A stretch of DNA of 64,000 nt, taken from an uncultured Candidatus Saccharibacteria bacterium. GTDB lineage: Bacteria; Patescibacteriota; Minisyncoccia; Phycocordibacterales; JAACPR01. Made by a program: the position numbers and the translations under genes. A model generated the notes under the pieces. It did not search any database, was not told where the DNA came from, and worked only from the letters and a program-made list of their open reading frames with translations. The stretch spans positions 71,379 through 135,378 of the forward strand of contig CAZVRT010000001.1 of the NCBI GenBank assembly GCA_964630375.1. The letters run 5' to 3'. Below, piece by piece: positions 8,942 to 17,926 of this stretch (position 1 is its first letter; each line of letters opens with the position of its first letter).

Positions 8942-10225
8942 ATGCCGTTTTTAATCAGAATAGTCGCACAAAGAGTCGTCCTGCTAGTACTTTCATCCAT
9001 GACCATTCTAGGACTTGGTCCAGAAACAAATTTAGGCACAACCGCAACAACGACAGAAAATGAACAGGTCGAACAACCATCTTTTCTATCTATTCCAATT
9101 CCAGAAATAAATATCTTAAACCTCCCTATCGCCAACAAAACAAAAATCGAAGATATAAAAACTTCTATTCCGATTATTCCTGAAATACCAATTAAAACTC
9201 CAGTTATTAGAGTTACAGAAAAAAAAGTTGAGGAAACTACACCGACACAATCAACTCCTATAAAATCTCCCGCAACTCAACAAACCCCGACTCAATCAAC
9301 ACCGATCGACCGAACGCCTGTTACACAACCAGTTGTAGAAAAACCCCCAGAGACTATTTCAGAAACAAAACCGGAAACAAAAATTGCCACAGAAGTTATA
9401 CCAGACACTTCTTCAATAAATTCAATTGAAAACATTGTGGTAAACATTTTGTGTATTAGACAAGTTGGAAATAGAACCAGCCTAACAAACGGTAGCGGAG
9501 TTATTATTTCTTCTTCAGGAATTGTTTTGACAAACGCGCACGTTGCTCAGCATTTTCTTCTAAAAGATCAGGGTTACAACTGTTCAATTCGTCGAGAAAA
9601 TATTCCGCTTTATGGCTTCAATGCTGTTCCTTTATATATTTCCGAAAAATGGATTGAAAATAATTTTTCACAAATTAAAAGTTCAGCTCCAACAGGTACA
9701 GGAAAATATGACTACGCACTTTTACTTATCACAGGCAACACAAACCCAACAGCTTCTCTACCTAAATTCCCTTCTACAAAATTCAATACTGCAACTAAGT
9801 TTTTGGATACTGGAGATACAGTAACAATCGCAGGATACCCAGCACAAATGACTTCTTCACTTGAAGTGGCAAAAAATAATGCGCTTCAAACCGAAAGAGT
9901 TAGGATTAGAGAAATTTTTACATTGGAAACATCGAGCGTTGATGTCGTGAGTACAACTGATTCAGTAGTTGCGCAAAGAGGTGCCAGCGGAGGTGGAGTT
10001 TTCAAAAACGATGAACTTGGCGGAATTGTTGTAAGTACAAAAAATGGAAATGACCCGATGAAACTTTCAGCAAATGTTTTGACTTTAAGTTATATAAACA
10101 GAGAATTAAAAAACGAAACTGGAAAAACAATTTCTGAAATTATTTCTGGAAATGTGATTAAGCAAGCAGAAGATTTTGTGACTGTTGGCCAGCGCCTAAC
10201 GCAGCTCTTGATGAAGAGTTTTTAA
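8942..10225 (+). CDS. Secreted trypsin-like serine protease with a Thr/Pro-rich linker
   Basis: It has an N-terminal signal/anchor and a P/T-rich spacer. The protease core carries the His motif IVLTNAHV and the Ser motif GASGGGVF (compare GDSGGP). Confidence 0.55.
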   Translation: MPFLIRIVAQRVVLLVLSSMTILGLGPETNLGTTATTTENEQVEQPSFLSIPIPEINILNLPIANKTKIEDIKTSIPIIPEIPIKTPVIRVTEKKVEETTPTQSTPIKSPATQQTPTQSTPIDRTPVTQPVVEKPPETISETKPETKIATEVIPDTSSINSIENIVVNILCIRQVGNRTSLTNGSGVIISSSGIVLTNAHVAQHFLLKDQGYNCSIRRENIPLYGFNAVPLYISEKWIENNFSQIKSSAPTGTGKYDYALLLITGNTNPTASLPKFPSTKFNTATKFLDTGDTVTIAGYPAQMTSSLEVAKNNALQTERVRIREIFTLETSSVDVVSTTDSVVAQRGASGGGVFKNDELGGIVVSTKNGNDPMKLSANVLTLSYINRELKNETGKTISEIISGNVIKQAEDFVTVGQRLTQLLMKSF

Positions 10226-10538
10226 TTTCTGCATCTACCAACTCTGTAGCAATTTTTACAACAGTATCAAAATTATCGCTTGGTGAAATTTTATTTCTTT
10301 TTTTGTAAGAGCACTTTACGCAGGTGTGAGTTATTACATATTCCCCGCTTTCATTTTCTAAAGCAGTTGGCTTCATTAAACCGCCACAAGTAGCAGCGCG
10401 ATCTCCTGGATTTATATCAACGTGTTTAGACCAAAGGCATTCAGGGCAATGATTTGTATATCCGTTTCCAGAGACGTTTGTTCCGCAATGTTCGCATTCA
10501 AAACTCTCGATTGTTCTTTGAAATGTTTTTGTTTGCAT
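10158..10538 (-). CDS. RNHCP-domain protein (Cys-rich zinc-binding)
   Basis: It contains CEHCG...GYTNHCPECLWSKHVD...THTCVKCS, and the RNHCP motif is present. Its 3' end overlaps the protease gene by about 68 nt. Confidence 0.55.
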   Translation of the reverse strand: MQTKTFQRTIESFECEHCGTNVSGNGYTNHCPECLWSKHVDINPGDRAATCGGLMKPTALENESGEYVITHTCVKCSYKKRNKISPSDNFDTVVKIATELVDAEIKNSSSRAALGAGQQSQNLLLA

Positions 10539-10569
10539 TTGATTGTATATAATTATATTGTAACTCCAT

Positions 10570-11832
10570 ATGGAAACTAAACAAACTTTTGTAGAAGACC
10601 ATGAATATCTCCAAGGTCTTGGTATTCTTATTCCCGGTAAAAAATACTTTAAAAATAAAGGCTATATAAAACTATATACTGAAGACTTTATCGTTCAAGA
10701 AATTACTCAAAACGACGAATTAGTTGATATAAAAACCAAATACGAAAATGAAATCGACGATATAAATATTAAGCAAAATTTTAAAGCTACATTAATTCAA
10801 AGTAATATAGGTACACTTGAAGTTGTTAAAAAACTGTCAAAAAAATTAAATATCCCAGAAACAAATATTCAATACGCGGGTATTAAAGACAATGACGCAT
10901 TAACCGCTCAAAAAATCACACTCCAAAATGTCAGTTTTGTAGATTTACAATCTGTAAATTCTGAAAACTATTATTTAAAAGATATAGAAAAATGTGAATC
11001 GAAACTAAGAATAGGTGAATTAAAAGGAAACAGATTCACAATCTTGGTTAGATTAGATCCAACAAACATTGATCAAGAAGAGCTGAAAGAAAAAATCGCG
11101 GATATTGAAAAAAATGGTTTTTATAATTTTTATTATTCTCAAAGATTTGGAACTTTAGGAAGAGATAATAATCACATTTTGGGAAGATTAGCTCTCCAAG
11201 GAAGATATTCTGATGCTCTTTTTACCTTCTTAACCAAACCACCAAGATCTGGATTCCAATTCATGTTCCCTATTTTTGAAGAAATAAAAACAAATTATGG
11301 CAACTGGGAATACATAGAAAAACTACTGGAAAAACATCCTGAACATTTTGAAAAAGAATTAGAAATTATTAGATATTTAATTAAAAATCCTTATGATCAC
11401 GAAGGCGCAATTGCTAGTGAAATTAGATTCTGGATGTTGGGCTTTGTTTCTTGGTTGTTTAATATAAAACTAAGTCAATATATTATTGAAGGTAAAAATA
11501 TTCCAAATAAACTAGATTTAATAACAAGTACAAAAAATGATGCGGTAAAAAACTACAGAAACGAACTGGATTTAGTTGGTGTCGATAATTTTGACTTAAA
11601 ACATCTAGAAAAATTTAATATACAAAGAGCCACTTTTCCTGTTGATACAAAAAAGAAAGTAACTTTCGAGAAAATTAATTTTGTAGAAAGCGGAGTTATT
11701 TTAAGTTTCACACTTGATAAAGGTTCTTACGCAACTACAGTTTTAGCACACTTTTTAGATTTGATTGTTGGCTCAATTCCTGAAAATTTTTCTAAAGAAA
11801 AAAGCACACTCCAAAAGGAAATGTGCTCATAG
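10570..11832 (+). CDS. truD: tRNA pseudouridine(13) synthase
   Basis: It has the catalytic Asp context AGIKDNDALT (compare GxKD) and the C-terminal FTLDKGSYATTVL motif typical of TruD. Confidence 0.8.
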   Translation: METKQTFVEDHEYLQGLGILIPGKKYFKNKGYIKLYTEDFIVQEITQNDELVDIKTKYENEIDDINIKQNFKATLIQSNIGTLEVVKKLSKKLNIPETNIQYAGIKDNDALTAQKITLQNVSFVDLQSVNSENYYLKDIEKCESKLRIGELKGNRFTILVRLDPTNIDQEELKEKIADIEKNGFYNFYYSQRFGTLGRDNNHILGRLALQGRYSDALFTFLTKPPRSGFQFMFPIFEEIKTNYGNWEYIEKLLEKHPEHFEKELEIIRYLIKNPYDHEGAIASEIRFWMLGFVSWLFNIKLSQYIIEGKNIPNKLDLITSTKNDAVKNYRNELDLVGVDNFDLKHLEKFNIQRATFPVDTKKKVTFEKINFVESGVILSFTLDKGSYATTVLAHFLDLIVGSIPENFSKEKSTLQKEMCS

Positions 11833-11856
11833 TAGTTAAGCACTACCAAGCCCGTG

Positions 11857-12423
11857 TTATCTGGCAACTGGGATGACCGAAATTCGTCCAGACCCAATTT
11901 GAAAGACATTTTCGATGTGTCTCCCACGCTGAGGATGAGCGAAGTTCAAAGTCATGATCCCTGGGTTTTTGTAGCAATGAACAGTCCATGCCACACTTAA
12001 GTACCATCCCAACATGGTGTCTTTCCATTCCAAACACTCTGCCGGTTTCTTGGAGAAAACACACTCAACCACCGCTCGACGCTCCTTCTGATGAAGAGTG
12101 TCTTTCATGTGATGAGAAAAGCGACAGAAGGTAAAACCTTCTTGCACCAGTCTTCTTCCCACACCCGAAGGAGTAACTCGAGAGCAGTTCTTGACGAATT
12201 GATCCCCCCGAGCCATTTCATGTTGAAGAGCGCGTTTGTCGGCCTCTCTCCAATCCAGAGGAACGAAGGGACAGCCTGACGGCACGGCCCCAGGTTCATC
12301 ATGGACGAAAAACTTGAAATGTACCTCTTTGGTACCATTGAAATCGGCTTCCCGACTCCAGGTTTCGTCAGCTGCTTTTGTTCGGGAAGCAACCACCCCG
12401 TTTTTTTGCCATTTTTTACCCAT
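11857..12423 (-). CDS. GC-rich hypothetical protein (foreign-composition insertion)
   Basis: The 188-aa ORF lies in a 650-bp block of about 52% GC, against about 35% in flanking DNA. The third codon positions are GC-skewed and the protein is His/Cys-rich (HDEPG, CPF, CRFSHH, HCY). No family was recognised. Confidence 0.4.
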   Translation of the reverse strand: MGKKWQKNGVVASRTKAADETWSREADFNGTKEVHFKFFVHDEPGAVPSGCPFVPLDWREADKRALQHEMARGDQFVKNCSRVTPSGVGRRLVQEGFTFCRFSHHMKDTLHQKERRAVVECVFSKKPAECLEWKDTMLGWYLSVAWTVHCYKNPGIMTLNFAHPQRGRHIENVFQIGSGRISVIPVAR

Positions 12424-12517
12424 TTCAAAATTGGGTTGAATTGAAGAACAGCTATCCGAATCAACGGTCTGTCTTATACAATTAAATCACAAAAAATAAA
12501 GAAAGTCAATTTAAAAT

Positions 12518-13399
12518 TTAAGCCTTCACCGCAATTTTTGCCAACTCTATAGCCGCTTCTTTGCTCCAAGCCGTCGCTATGAAACGCTTATTATGACAAG
12601 ACTCCGCGCCTTTCACACCAGTGATTTTCTCCAATTCTTCTTTTCGCTTCCCTGCCCAACTTTGCGGCAAAAGTTTTCTATTCTCATGCGCTCGCGGATT
12701 TTTTAAAACACAAGCCACAATCCACTCACCTGTCATTTGGTTTGGATGAATAACATAAAGCGGTTCTGGTTTTCTAGAAATCACAGACTTCCAAGCTAAA
12801 GGATGCTCCAAAACAATAATTCGCTTATCTTCCGCATCTTTATAAGCTTTTTTTACAATCTCAGTATCTTCAAAGAAATATTTAGCTTTTTTAATTTCCA
12901 TTAAAAGAATTTGTTGAGCTAAAGGCAAAAGATTCATAAAAGTTTCATCAACTGTTCCCTTGTCTCGCCAAGTCGGTGTTAAAGCTTTAAAAGCATTATC
13001 CAAAAGATAAGGAGAAAGTCCTTGTTTAGTTTCTCGGTACATATTATAGCCATTATCTGCAGCATCTATTGGTTGCACCATTTTCTTATCTACAATATCC
13101 CAAACCCTAAAATCTCCGCACAACTCAATACCAAATTTCTTCCACACAAGTCCAAAACTAGCATACGGAACACCGTTTTCACGAACCCCTGCCCCGCCCG
13201 GCTGGTGATGATCAAAACGGTTTGTTGTCTCATCATAAATATCACCAACATCAACAACAAAGTCAGCTTTTTTAGCATCTTCTTTATCTCGTGAACGAAT
13301 TATTTCAATATCTGGATTTAATAAAGAAATAGTTGCAATAGCAAACAGGTCATCTAAATGAAAGCTTCCTGCATGGGTTACAATTTTCAGTTTTTTCAT
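12518..13399 (-). CDS. MYG1/UPF0160 family metal-dependent protein hydrolase or exonuclease
   Basis: The motifs KIVTHAGSFHLDD...FDHHQ are the MYG1 family signature. The start is trimmed to the internal Met so that it does not overlap tRNA-Pro. Confidence 0.7.
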   Translation of the reverse strand: MKKLKIVTHAGSFHLDDLFAIATISLLNPDIEIIRSRDKEDAKKADFVVDVGDIYDETTNRFDHHQPGGAGVRENGVPYASFGLVWKKFGIELCGDFRVWDIVDKKMVQPIDAADNGYNMYRETKQGLSPYLLDNAFKALTPTWRDKGTVDETFMNLLPLAQQILLMEIKKAKYFFEDTEIVKKAYKDAEDKRIIVLEHPLAWKSVISRKPEPLYVIHPNQMTGEWIVACVLKNPRAHENRKLLPQSWAGKRKEELEKITGVKGAESCHNKRFIATAWSKEAAIELAKIAVKA

Positions 13400-13404
13400 A
13401 TTTG

Positions 13405-13477
13405 TCGGGATGCCGGGATTCGAACCCGGAGTCACTCGGTCCCAAACCGAGCATGTTAGCCGTTACACCACATCCCG
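13405..13477 (-). tRNA. tRNA-Pro (anticodon UGG)
   Basis: The reverse-complement has a C1-G72 acceptor (CGGGATG/CATCCCG), anticodon stem CTCGG/CCGAG with loop TTTGGGA, and T-arm CCGGG-TTCGAAT-CCCGG. Confidence 0.75.
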
Positions 13478-13561
13478 AATGTAATGCATAGTAACACTCT
13501 AATTTGTTTAGGTCTAGTTTTTGGTGTTGGCTTCTTGCAAGGTTTCTTTTTAATTTTTATT

Positions 13562-13933
13562 TTAGATTTGTGGAATGTAATCAATAGATATCAAGTCTTT
13601 TGAGAAACGACCTGCTGTAACAATAGCAATCAAATCAATCTGGGTAGAAACATTTGTCAAAGCGTAATCTGCTAAAAAATACTGTGCGACCATGCTTATT
13701 CTCCGAATTTTTTCACGTGTAACGTGATCGTGAGGTCTAATTCCCCTTTCAAATGTTTCGCGTGAAACCGCTTTTACTTCTACAAAGTGAATTGTTCCAT
13801 TCTTTTCCGCAATAATATCCACCTCACCAAAGCTTGTCCGATAATTTTTAAATAATATTGAAAATCCTTGTCTAATAAGAAACAAAACAGCTTCTTCCTC
13901 ACAATAATCCCCAAATTCCTTATGATTTTTCAT
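13562..13933 (-). CDS. yraN: YraN/UPF0102 family endonuclease
   Basis: The 123-aa protein has GExDIIA...VEVKA motifs characteristic of UPF0102. Confidence 0.7.
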   Translation of the reverse strand: MKNHKEFGDYCEEEAVLFLIRQGFSILFKNYRTSFGEVDIIAEKNGTIHFVEVKAVSRETFERGIRPHDHVTREKIRRISMVAQYFLADYALTNVSTQIDLIAIVTAGRFSKDLISIDYIPQI

Positions 13934-14186
13934 ATTAAGTAGTTTAATTTGTTACATATGAAACACCTTTAAAGAAAGATTCAAGTATTTATTAAGAGAA
14001 AAAGTGTTTCACGTGAAACATTTTTGTATATCAGACGCTAAAATATGGCTTAAAATAAGGGTTTGTACTTTACAAAAAGTCAAAAATAGGCTAAAAATCT
14101 GTCTTTTATACACATATCCCCATAGTTATCCACAGTTTCAACACATCAATTGTGGATTTCTTAAATAAAAATAAGACTTTTACTGT

Positions 14187-14256
14187 GCGAGTAGGGAGAA
14201 TCGGACTCCCGTCTAATCCTTGGCAAGGACTCGTTCTACCACTAAACTATACTCGC
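14187..14256 (-). tRNA. tRNA-Gly (anticodon GCC) with an atypical T-loop
   Basis: The reverse-complement has acceptor GCGAGTA/TACTCGC and an anticodon loop TTGCCAA. The T-arm is GGGAG-TCCGATT-CTCCC, with C in place of the near-universal U55, so this may be a divergent gene or a pseudogene. Confidence 0.55.
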
Positions 14257-14314
14257 TTTTTTAAAATCTCTTTCAAAGACATTCTGTTACACATGAAACA
14301 AAAATATCTTCTTG

Positions 14315-14386
14315 TGCTCCTGGAGGGACTCGAACCCCCAACGACGGTTCCGAAGACCGCTGTGATATCCATTTCACCACAAGAGC
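14315..14386 (-). tRNA. tRNA-Arg (anticodon UCG)
   Basis: The reverse-complement has acceptor GCTCTTG/CAGGAGC, an anticodon loop CTTCGGA, and T-arm GGGGG-TTCGAGT-CCCTC. Confidence 0.7.
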
Positions 14387-14479
14387 ATGTGTGATGATTA
14401 TACATTAACATTCATAAAAATAAAGAGTCGGTTGTTTATTTTAGGTCGCAAAAAGCTAAGAAACTGCTACAATAACGCA

Positions 14480-15940
14480 ATGAAAAAGGGAAAGTACGAA
14501 ATTCCACAATCAATAGAAACTATTTTAGAAGGACTGGAAAATGCAGGTTTTGAGGCTTTTCTTGTTGGTGGATGTGTAAGAGATCTGTTTTTAAATAAAA
14601 AACCAAAAGATTGGGATGTGACAACTAATGCGACCCCTGAAGAAATCCAAGAAGTTTTTCCTGATTCTTTCTATGAAAACAAATTTGGAACAGTGGGTGT
14701 AAAAACAGGGGACGAAGATGAAACATTACAAATAGTTGAAGTTACACCGTACAGACTAGAATCTGAATACTCAGACCACCGACATCCAGACTCTGTGTCG
14801 TTTAGCAAAAACATAAAAGACGATTTATCTAGACGAGATTTTACTATAAATGCCATGGCACTTTCTAAAGGACAAATTATTGACCTTTATAAAGGACAGG
14901 GTGATTTGGAGTCTAAAATTATAAGGACGGTAGGGAATCCACAGGAAAGATTTGAGGAAGACGCTCTTAGAATTATGAGAGCAGTGCGTTTCTCAGCTGA
15001 ATTAGGATTCACAATAGAATCTGAGACTTCTCAGGCTATTTTTGAGCTTTCAGATATGTTATCAAAGGTTTCACGTGAAAGGATTCGTGAGGAGTTCGTG
15101 AAAATTATAATGTCAGATAATCCAATGATTGGAATCGTGATGTTACAAAAGCTGGGTCTACTGAAACATGTTTCTGAAGCTTTAGATGGAATGGTTGGTG
15201 TTTCACAAGAAACACAAGCTCATAAATATGATGTTTTTGAACACTCTTTAAGAGCTTTGCAACATTCAGCTGAAAAAGGTAATAGATTAGAGCTGAGACT
15301 AGCTGTTTTGTTTCATGACGTGGCAAAACCTCATACAAAGCGAATGGTAGGAAAAAAAGCGACATTTTATGGCCACGAAGTAGTTGGGGCTCGTGTTACA
15401 CGGGAAACATTAGAGAATCTAAAATTTTCACGTGAAACAATAGACAATGTTTCTCGGCTTGTTCGTTGGCACATGTTTTTCGCTGATCCAGATAAAATTA
15501 CTCTTTCAGCAGTTCGACGAATGATTACCAGAGTAGGGGAAAAGGGAATTTGGGACCTTGTTGAGCTAAGAAAATGTGACCGAATAGGCACAGGAAGACC
15601 AACAGAAGAACCTTACAGATTCCGAAAGTACCAATCAATGATTGAAGAAGCATTGCGAGCGCCGCTTTCTGTGGGAATGCTTAAAGTTGATGGTGTGAAA
15701 CTAATGGAACTAGGAGTAGAGAAGGGTCCTAGAATTGGATCAATTCTACACGCACTACTTGAAGAAGTTCTTGATGAACCAGAGAAAAATACCGAAGAAT
15801 ATCTTGTTTCACGTGTAACTGAACTAAATAAATTAAGTGACACAGAGCTAGATAAAATGGGTAAAAAAGGGAAGAACCGACTTGAGGAAGAGGACGACAA
15901 GCTTATTCAAGGATTACGAAAAAAACATCGAGTTAACTAA
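14480..15940 (+). CDS. cca: CCA-adding tRNA nucleotidyltransferase with an HD domain
   Basis: It has the head-domain motifs AFLVGGCVRD and RRDFTINAMA, and the HD motif VLFHDVAKP. The start is placed at MKKGKYEI, downstream of the tRNA. Confidence 0.8.
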   Translation: MKKGKYEIPQSIETILEGLENAGFEAFLVGGCVRDLFLNKKPKDWDVTTNATPEEIQEVFPDSFYENKFGTVGVKTGDEDETLQIVEVTPYRLESEYSDHRHPDSVSFSKNIKDDLSRRDFTINAMALSKGQIIDLYKGQGDLESKIIRTVGNPQERFEEDALRIMRAVRFSAELGFTIESETSQAIFELSDMLSKVSRERIREEFVKIIMSDNPMIGIVMLQKLGLLKHVSEALDGMVGVSQETQAHKYDVFEHSLRALQHSAEKGNRLELRLAVLFHDVAKPHTKRMVGKKATFYGHEVVGARVTRETLENLKFSRETIDNVSRLVRWHMFFADPDKITLSAVRRMITRVGEKGIWDLVELRKCDRIGTGRPTEEPYRFRKYQSMIEEALRAPLSVGMLKVDGVKLMELGVEKGPRIGSILHALLEEVLDEPEKNTEEYLVSRVTELNKLSDTELDKMGKKGKNRLEEEDDKLIQGLRKKHRVN

Positions 15941-16311
15941 TGTTTCGCCCGATGCTTGTGAAGCCAATTACAAAATTTTAAAGAAACAACCGCCTGGATT
16001 GAGTTTTTTGAGAGGGTTTTAAGTGAGACGAGAGGAGTCTACTTGGTTTTCCAGACGGTGTGGAAAGGATTATTTGGCTGTTTCAAGATTCAACCTACAA
16101 CTAATTAATTAGGAAAAGTCCTAGACATTTAAGGGAATCCGCTGTTTTCAGCTCTTGTCCTTTATATTTTTGTAATTTTTATTTTAATGAACTGAATGTA
16201 CTACCTCTCTAATATTGTATCTTTCCTAAAAGACATGTAAAGGACATATGGTGCAGTTGTTGTGGATAAGTTGTCTTTTATAAAATAAAAACTGCTCTTG
16301 GCAGTAAGTAG

Positions 16312-16701
16312 TCAACAAAGTTGTGAATTTATTTTTCCACAAACACGTCGTCCTCCTATCAAAACAAAGCTTTTCGTAAACACAACTTCACCATGTAAAA
16401 ACACGGAAACCTTGGCACAAACGAAACCTTTTTCGTCGATGAAATAAGTTCCATGCTTATACATTATCCGCCGGCAATCATTCCAACCGAGCATGTAGAG
16501 CGTGTCACTGAGAGAAATTTCAAAAACCAAATTCTCAGGAGTTAATTTGATTTCTTCAAAAACCTCCTTACAAAAAGGCTCAGCCTCACCGATTTTCCGA
16601 TGCTGAATGTGAAGCACTTTTTCCTCTAGCCTCCCGTTCAAAATACGAAACTCTCCTAGACTTATCTTGGTAAAATCCATTGATTTTTGATTAAAGTTCA
16701 T
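16312..16701 (-). CDS. Hypothetical protein
   Basis: The 129-aa ORF has moderately elevated GC of about 40%. No family was recognised. Confidence 0.35.
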   Translation of the reverse strand: MNFNQKSMDFTKISLGEFRILNGRLEEKVLHIQHRKIGEAEPFCKEVFEEIKLTPENLVFEISLSDTLYMLGWNDCRRIMYKHGTYFIDEKGFVCAKVSVFLHGEVVFTKSFVLIGGRRVCGKINSQLC

Positions 16702-16721
16702 TTGTGCCAGATACTAGCACA

Positions 16722-17501
16722 CTATAAATCAATTTCCAGAGAAACAGGGCAGTGATCGCTACCAAAAACTTCGTTGTGAATTTCGGTGCGACGAATTTTT
16801 GAAGCGATATTTTCAGAAACAAAAATATAATCTATACGCCAGCCTACATTCCTATCGCGAGCACGCGTCTTCATATCCCACCAAGAATACTTCTCAATCT
16901 TCGGATGCTGACTTCTCCATGAATCCACAAAACCACTCTCAACAACTTTAGAAACCCATTCTCGTTCAACAGGCAAAAAACCAATCGTGTTTTCATTTTC
17001 TTTCGCTCTTAAAATATCCAACTCCGTATGTGCCACATTTACATCACCGGCAAAAATTACGTTGTAACCTTTTTTCCGCAGCTTCAAAACATATTCCAAA
17101 AACTCATCAAAAAATTTCAACTTAAATTTAAATTTGTCGCCACCCATTCCGCCGTTGGGGAAGTAACAATTTATCAAAACAAAATCTTCATAAAAAAGAG
17201 AAATCATACGCCCTTCTGCATCCAACTCTTCAATTCCAAAACCATACTCAACTTTTTCTGGTTCGTGTTTTGTATAAATAGCAACTCCGCTATAACCTTT
17301 TCGCAACTTTGAATGATCAAAATAAACAAAATAATCTTCTACTTCCATAAGAGATTCTGGAAGTTGTTCAGGATGACATTTTGTCTCTTGCAAGCAAAAA
17401 AAATCAGGATTTTGCTTTAAAAACCAAGAAAAAGTTTTTTGTTCAGAGTCTTTTTTATACCACGCCCGAATTCCATTTACATTCCAAGAAATAATTTTCA
17501 T
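16722..17501 (-). CDS. xth: Exodeoxyribonuclease III (AP endonuclease)
   Basis: The motifs IISWNVNGIRA...FFCLQETK...SDHCPV are the EEP-family ExoIII signature. Confidence 0.9.
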   Translation of the reverse strand: MKIISWNVNGIRAWYKKDSEQKTFSWFLKQNPDFFCLQETKCHPEQLPESLMEVEDYFVYFDHSKLRKGYSGVAIYTKHEPEKVEYGFGIEELDAEGRMISLFYEDFVLINCYFPNGGMGGDKFKFKLKFFDEFLEYVLKLRKKGYNVIFAGDVNVAHTELDILRAKENENTIGFLPVEREWVSKVVESGFVDSWRSQHPKIEKYSWWDMKTRARDRNVGWRIDYIFVSENIASKIRRTEIHNEVFGSDHCPVSLEIDL

Positions 17502-17521
17502 ATTGCAAAAACAACTATAAC

Positions 17522-17752
17522 ATGGCTAGAATGATATGGAATCTCAACCCTGTTCTTGCCATGAGCACTTGTTTAGAAAAAACCCCAAAAGAAAGAAGAG
17601 TCGACTGGGATAACCTGATAAAAGTAGTAGAAGGTAACCTGGACTGCTCGAAAGAAGAAGCCGAAATAGCAATTGACAACTGGCTTGAAGCCGGTGACAT
17701 CGTTTGCGAACCACAACCTGGCGGTAAATTTATTTACCGCGTCAACATCTGA
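17522..17752 (+). CDS. Small hypothetical protein, possibly winged-helix
   Basis: The 76-aa ORF is about 44% GC and is followed by the hairpin ACATCTTCCTCTGGAAGATGT plus a T-run. It is the first gene of the GC-elevated island. Confidence 0.35.
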   Translation: MARMIWNLNPVLAMSTCLEKTPKERRVDWDNLIKVVEGNLDCSKEEAEIAIDNWLEAGDIVCEPQPGGKFIYRVNI

Positions 17753-17926
17753 AAGCTTTTCAACACATCTCACATCTTCCTCTGGAAGATGTTTTTATTT
17801 AAGAACACCAAATACTTGCCATATTATATTAACAATGGTTAAATTGACCTCGAATTGCTCGTTTGAATTAGAGATCATGATGAGTAATTCTATTCGTAAC
17901 AACAAAAGATAGAAAGATAAAGTCAG

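Noticed and set aside
11843-12464. Alternative and antisense ORFs inside the GC-rich insertion (11843-12064, 12105-12464, 12091-12279, 12236-12439)
   Set aside because: This is the same GC artefact. The longest frame with protein-like composition (11857-12423) was retained with low confidence.
11840-12500. GC-rich islands as rRNA or intron fragments
   Set aside because: None of the universal 16S/23S motifs (for example GTGCCAGCAGCCGCGGTAA, ACGGGCGGTGTGT) are present, and the regions have clean long ORFs with GC3 bias.
14152-14394. 80-aa plus-strand ORF (GTG start)
   Set aside because: It runs antisense across tRNA-Gly(GCC) and tRNA-Arg(UCG), so it is spurious.
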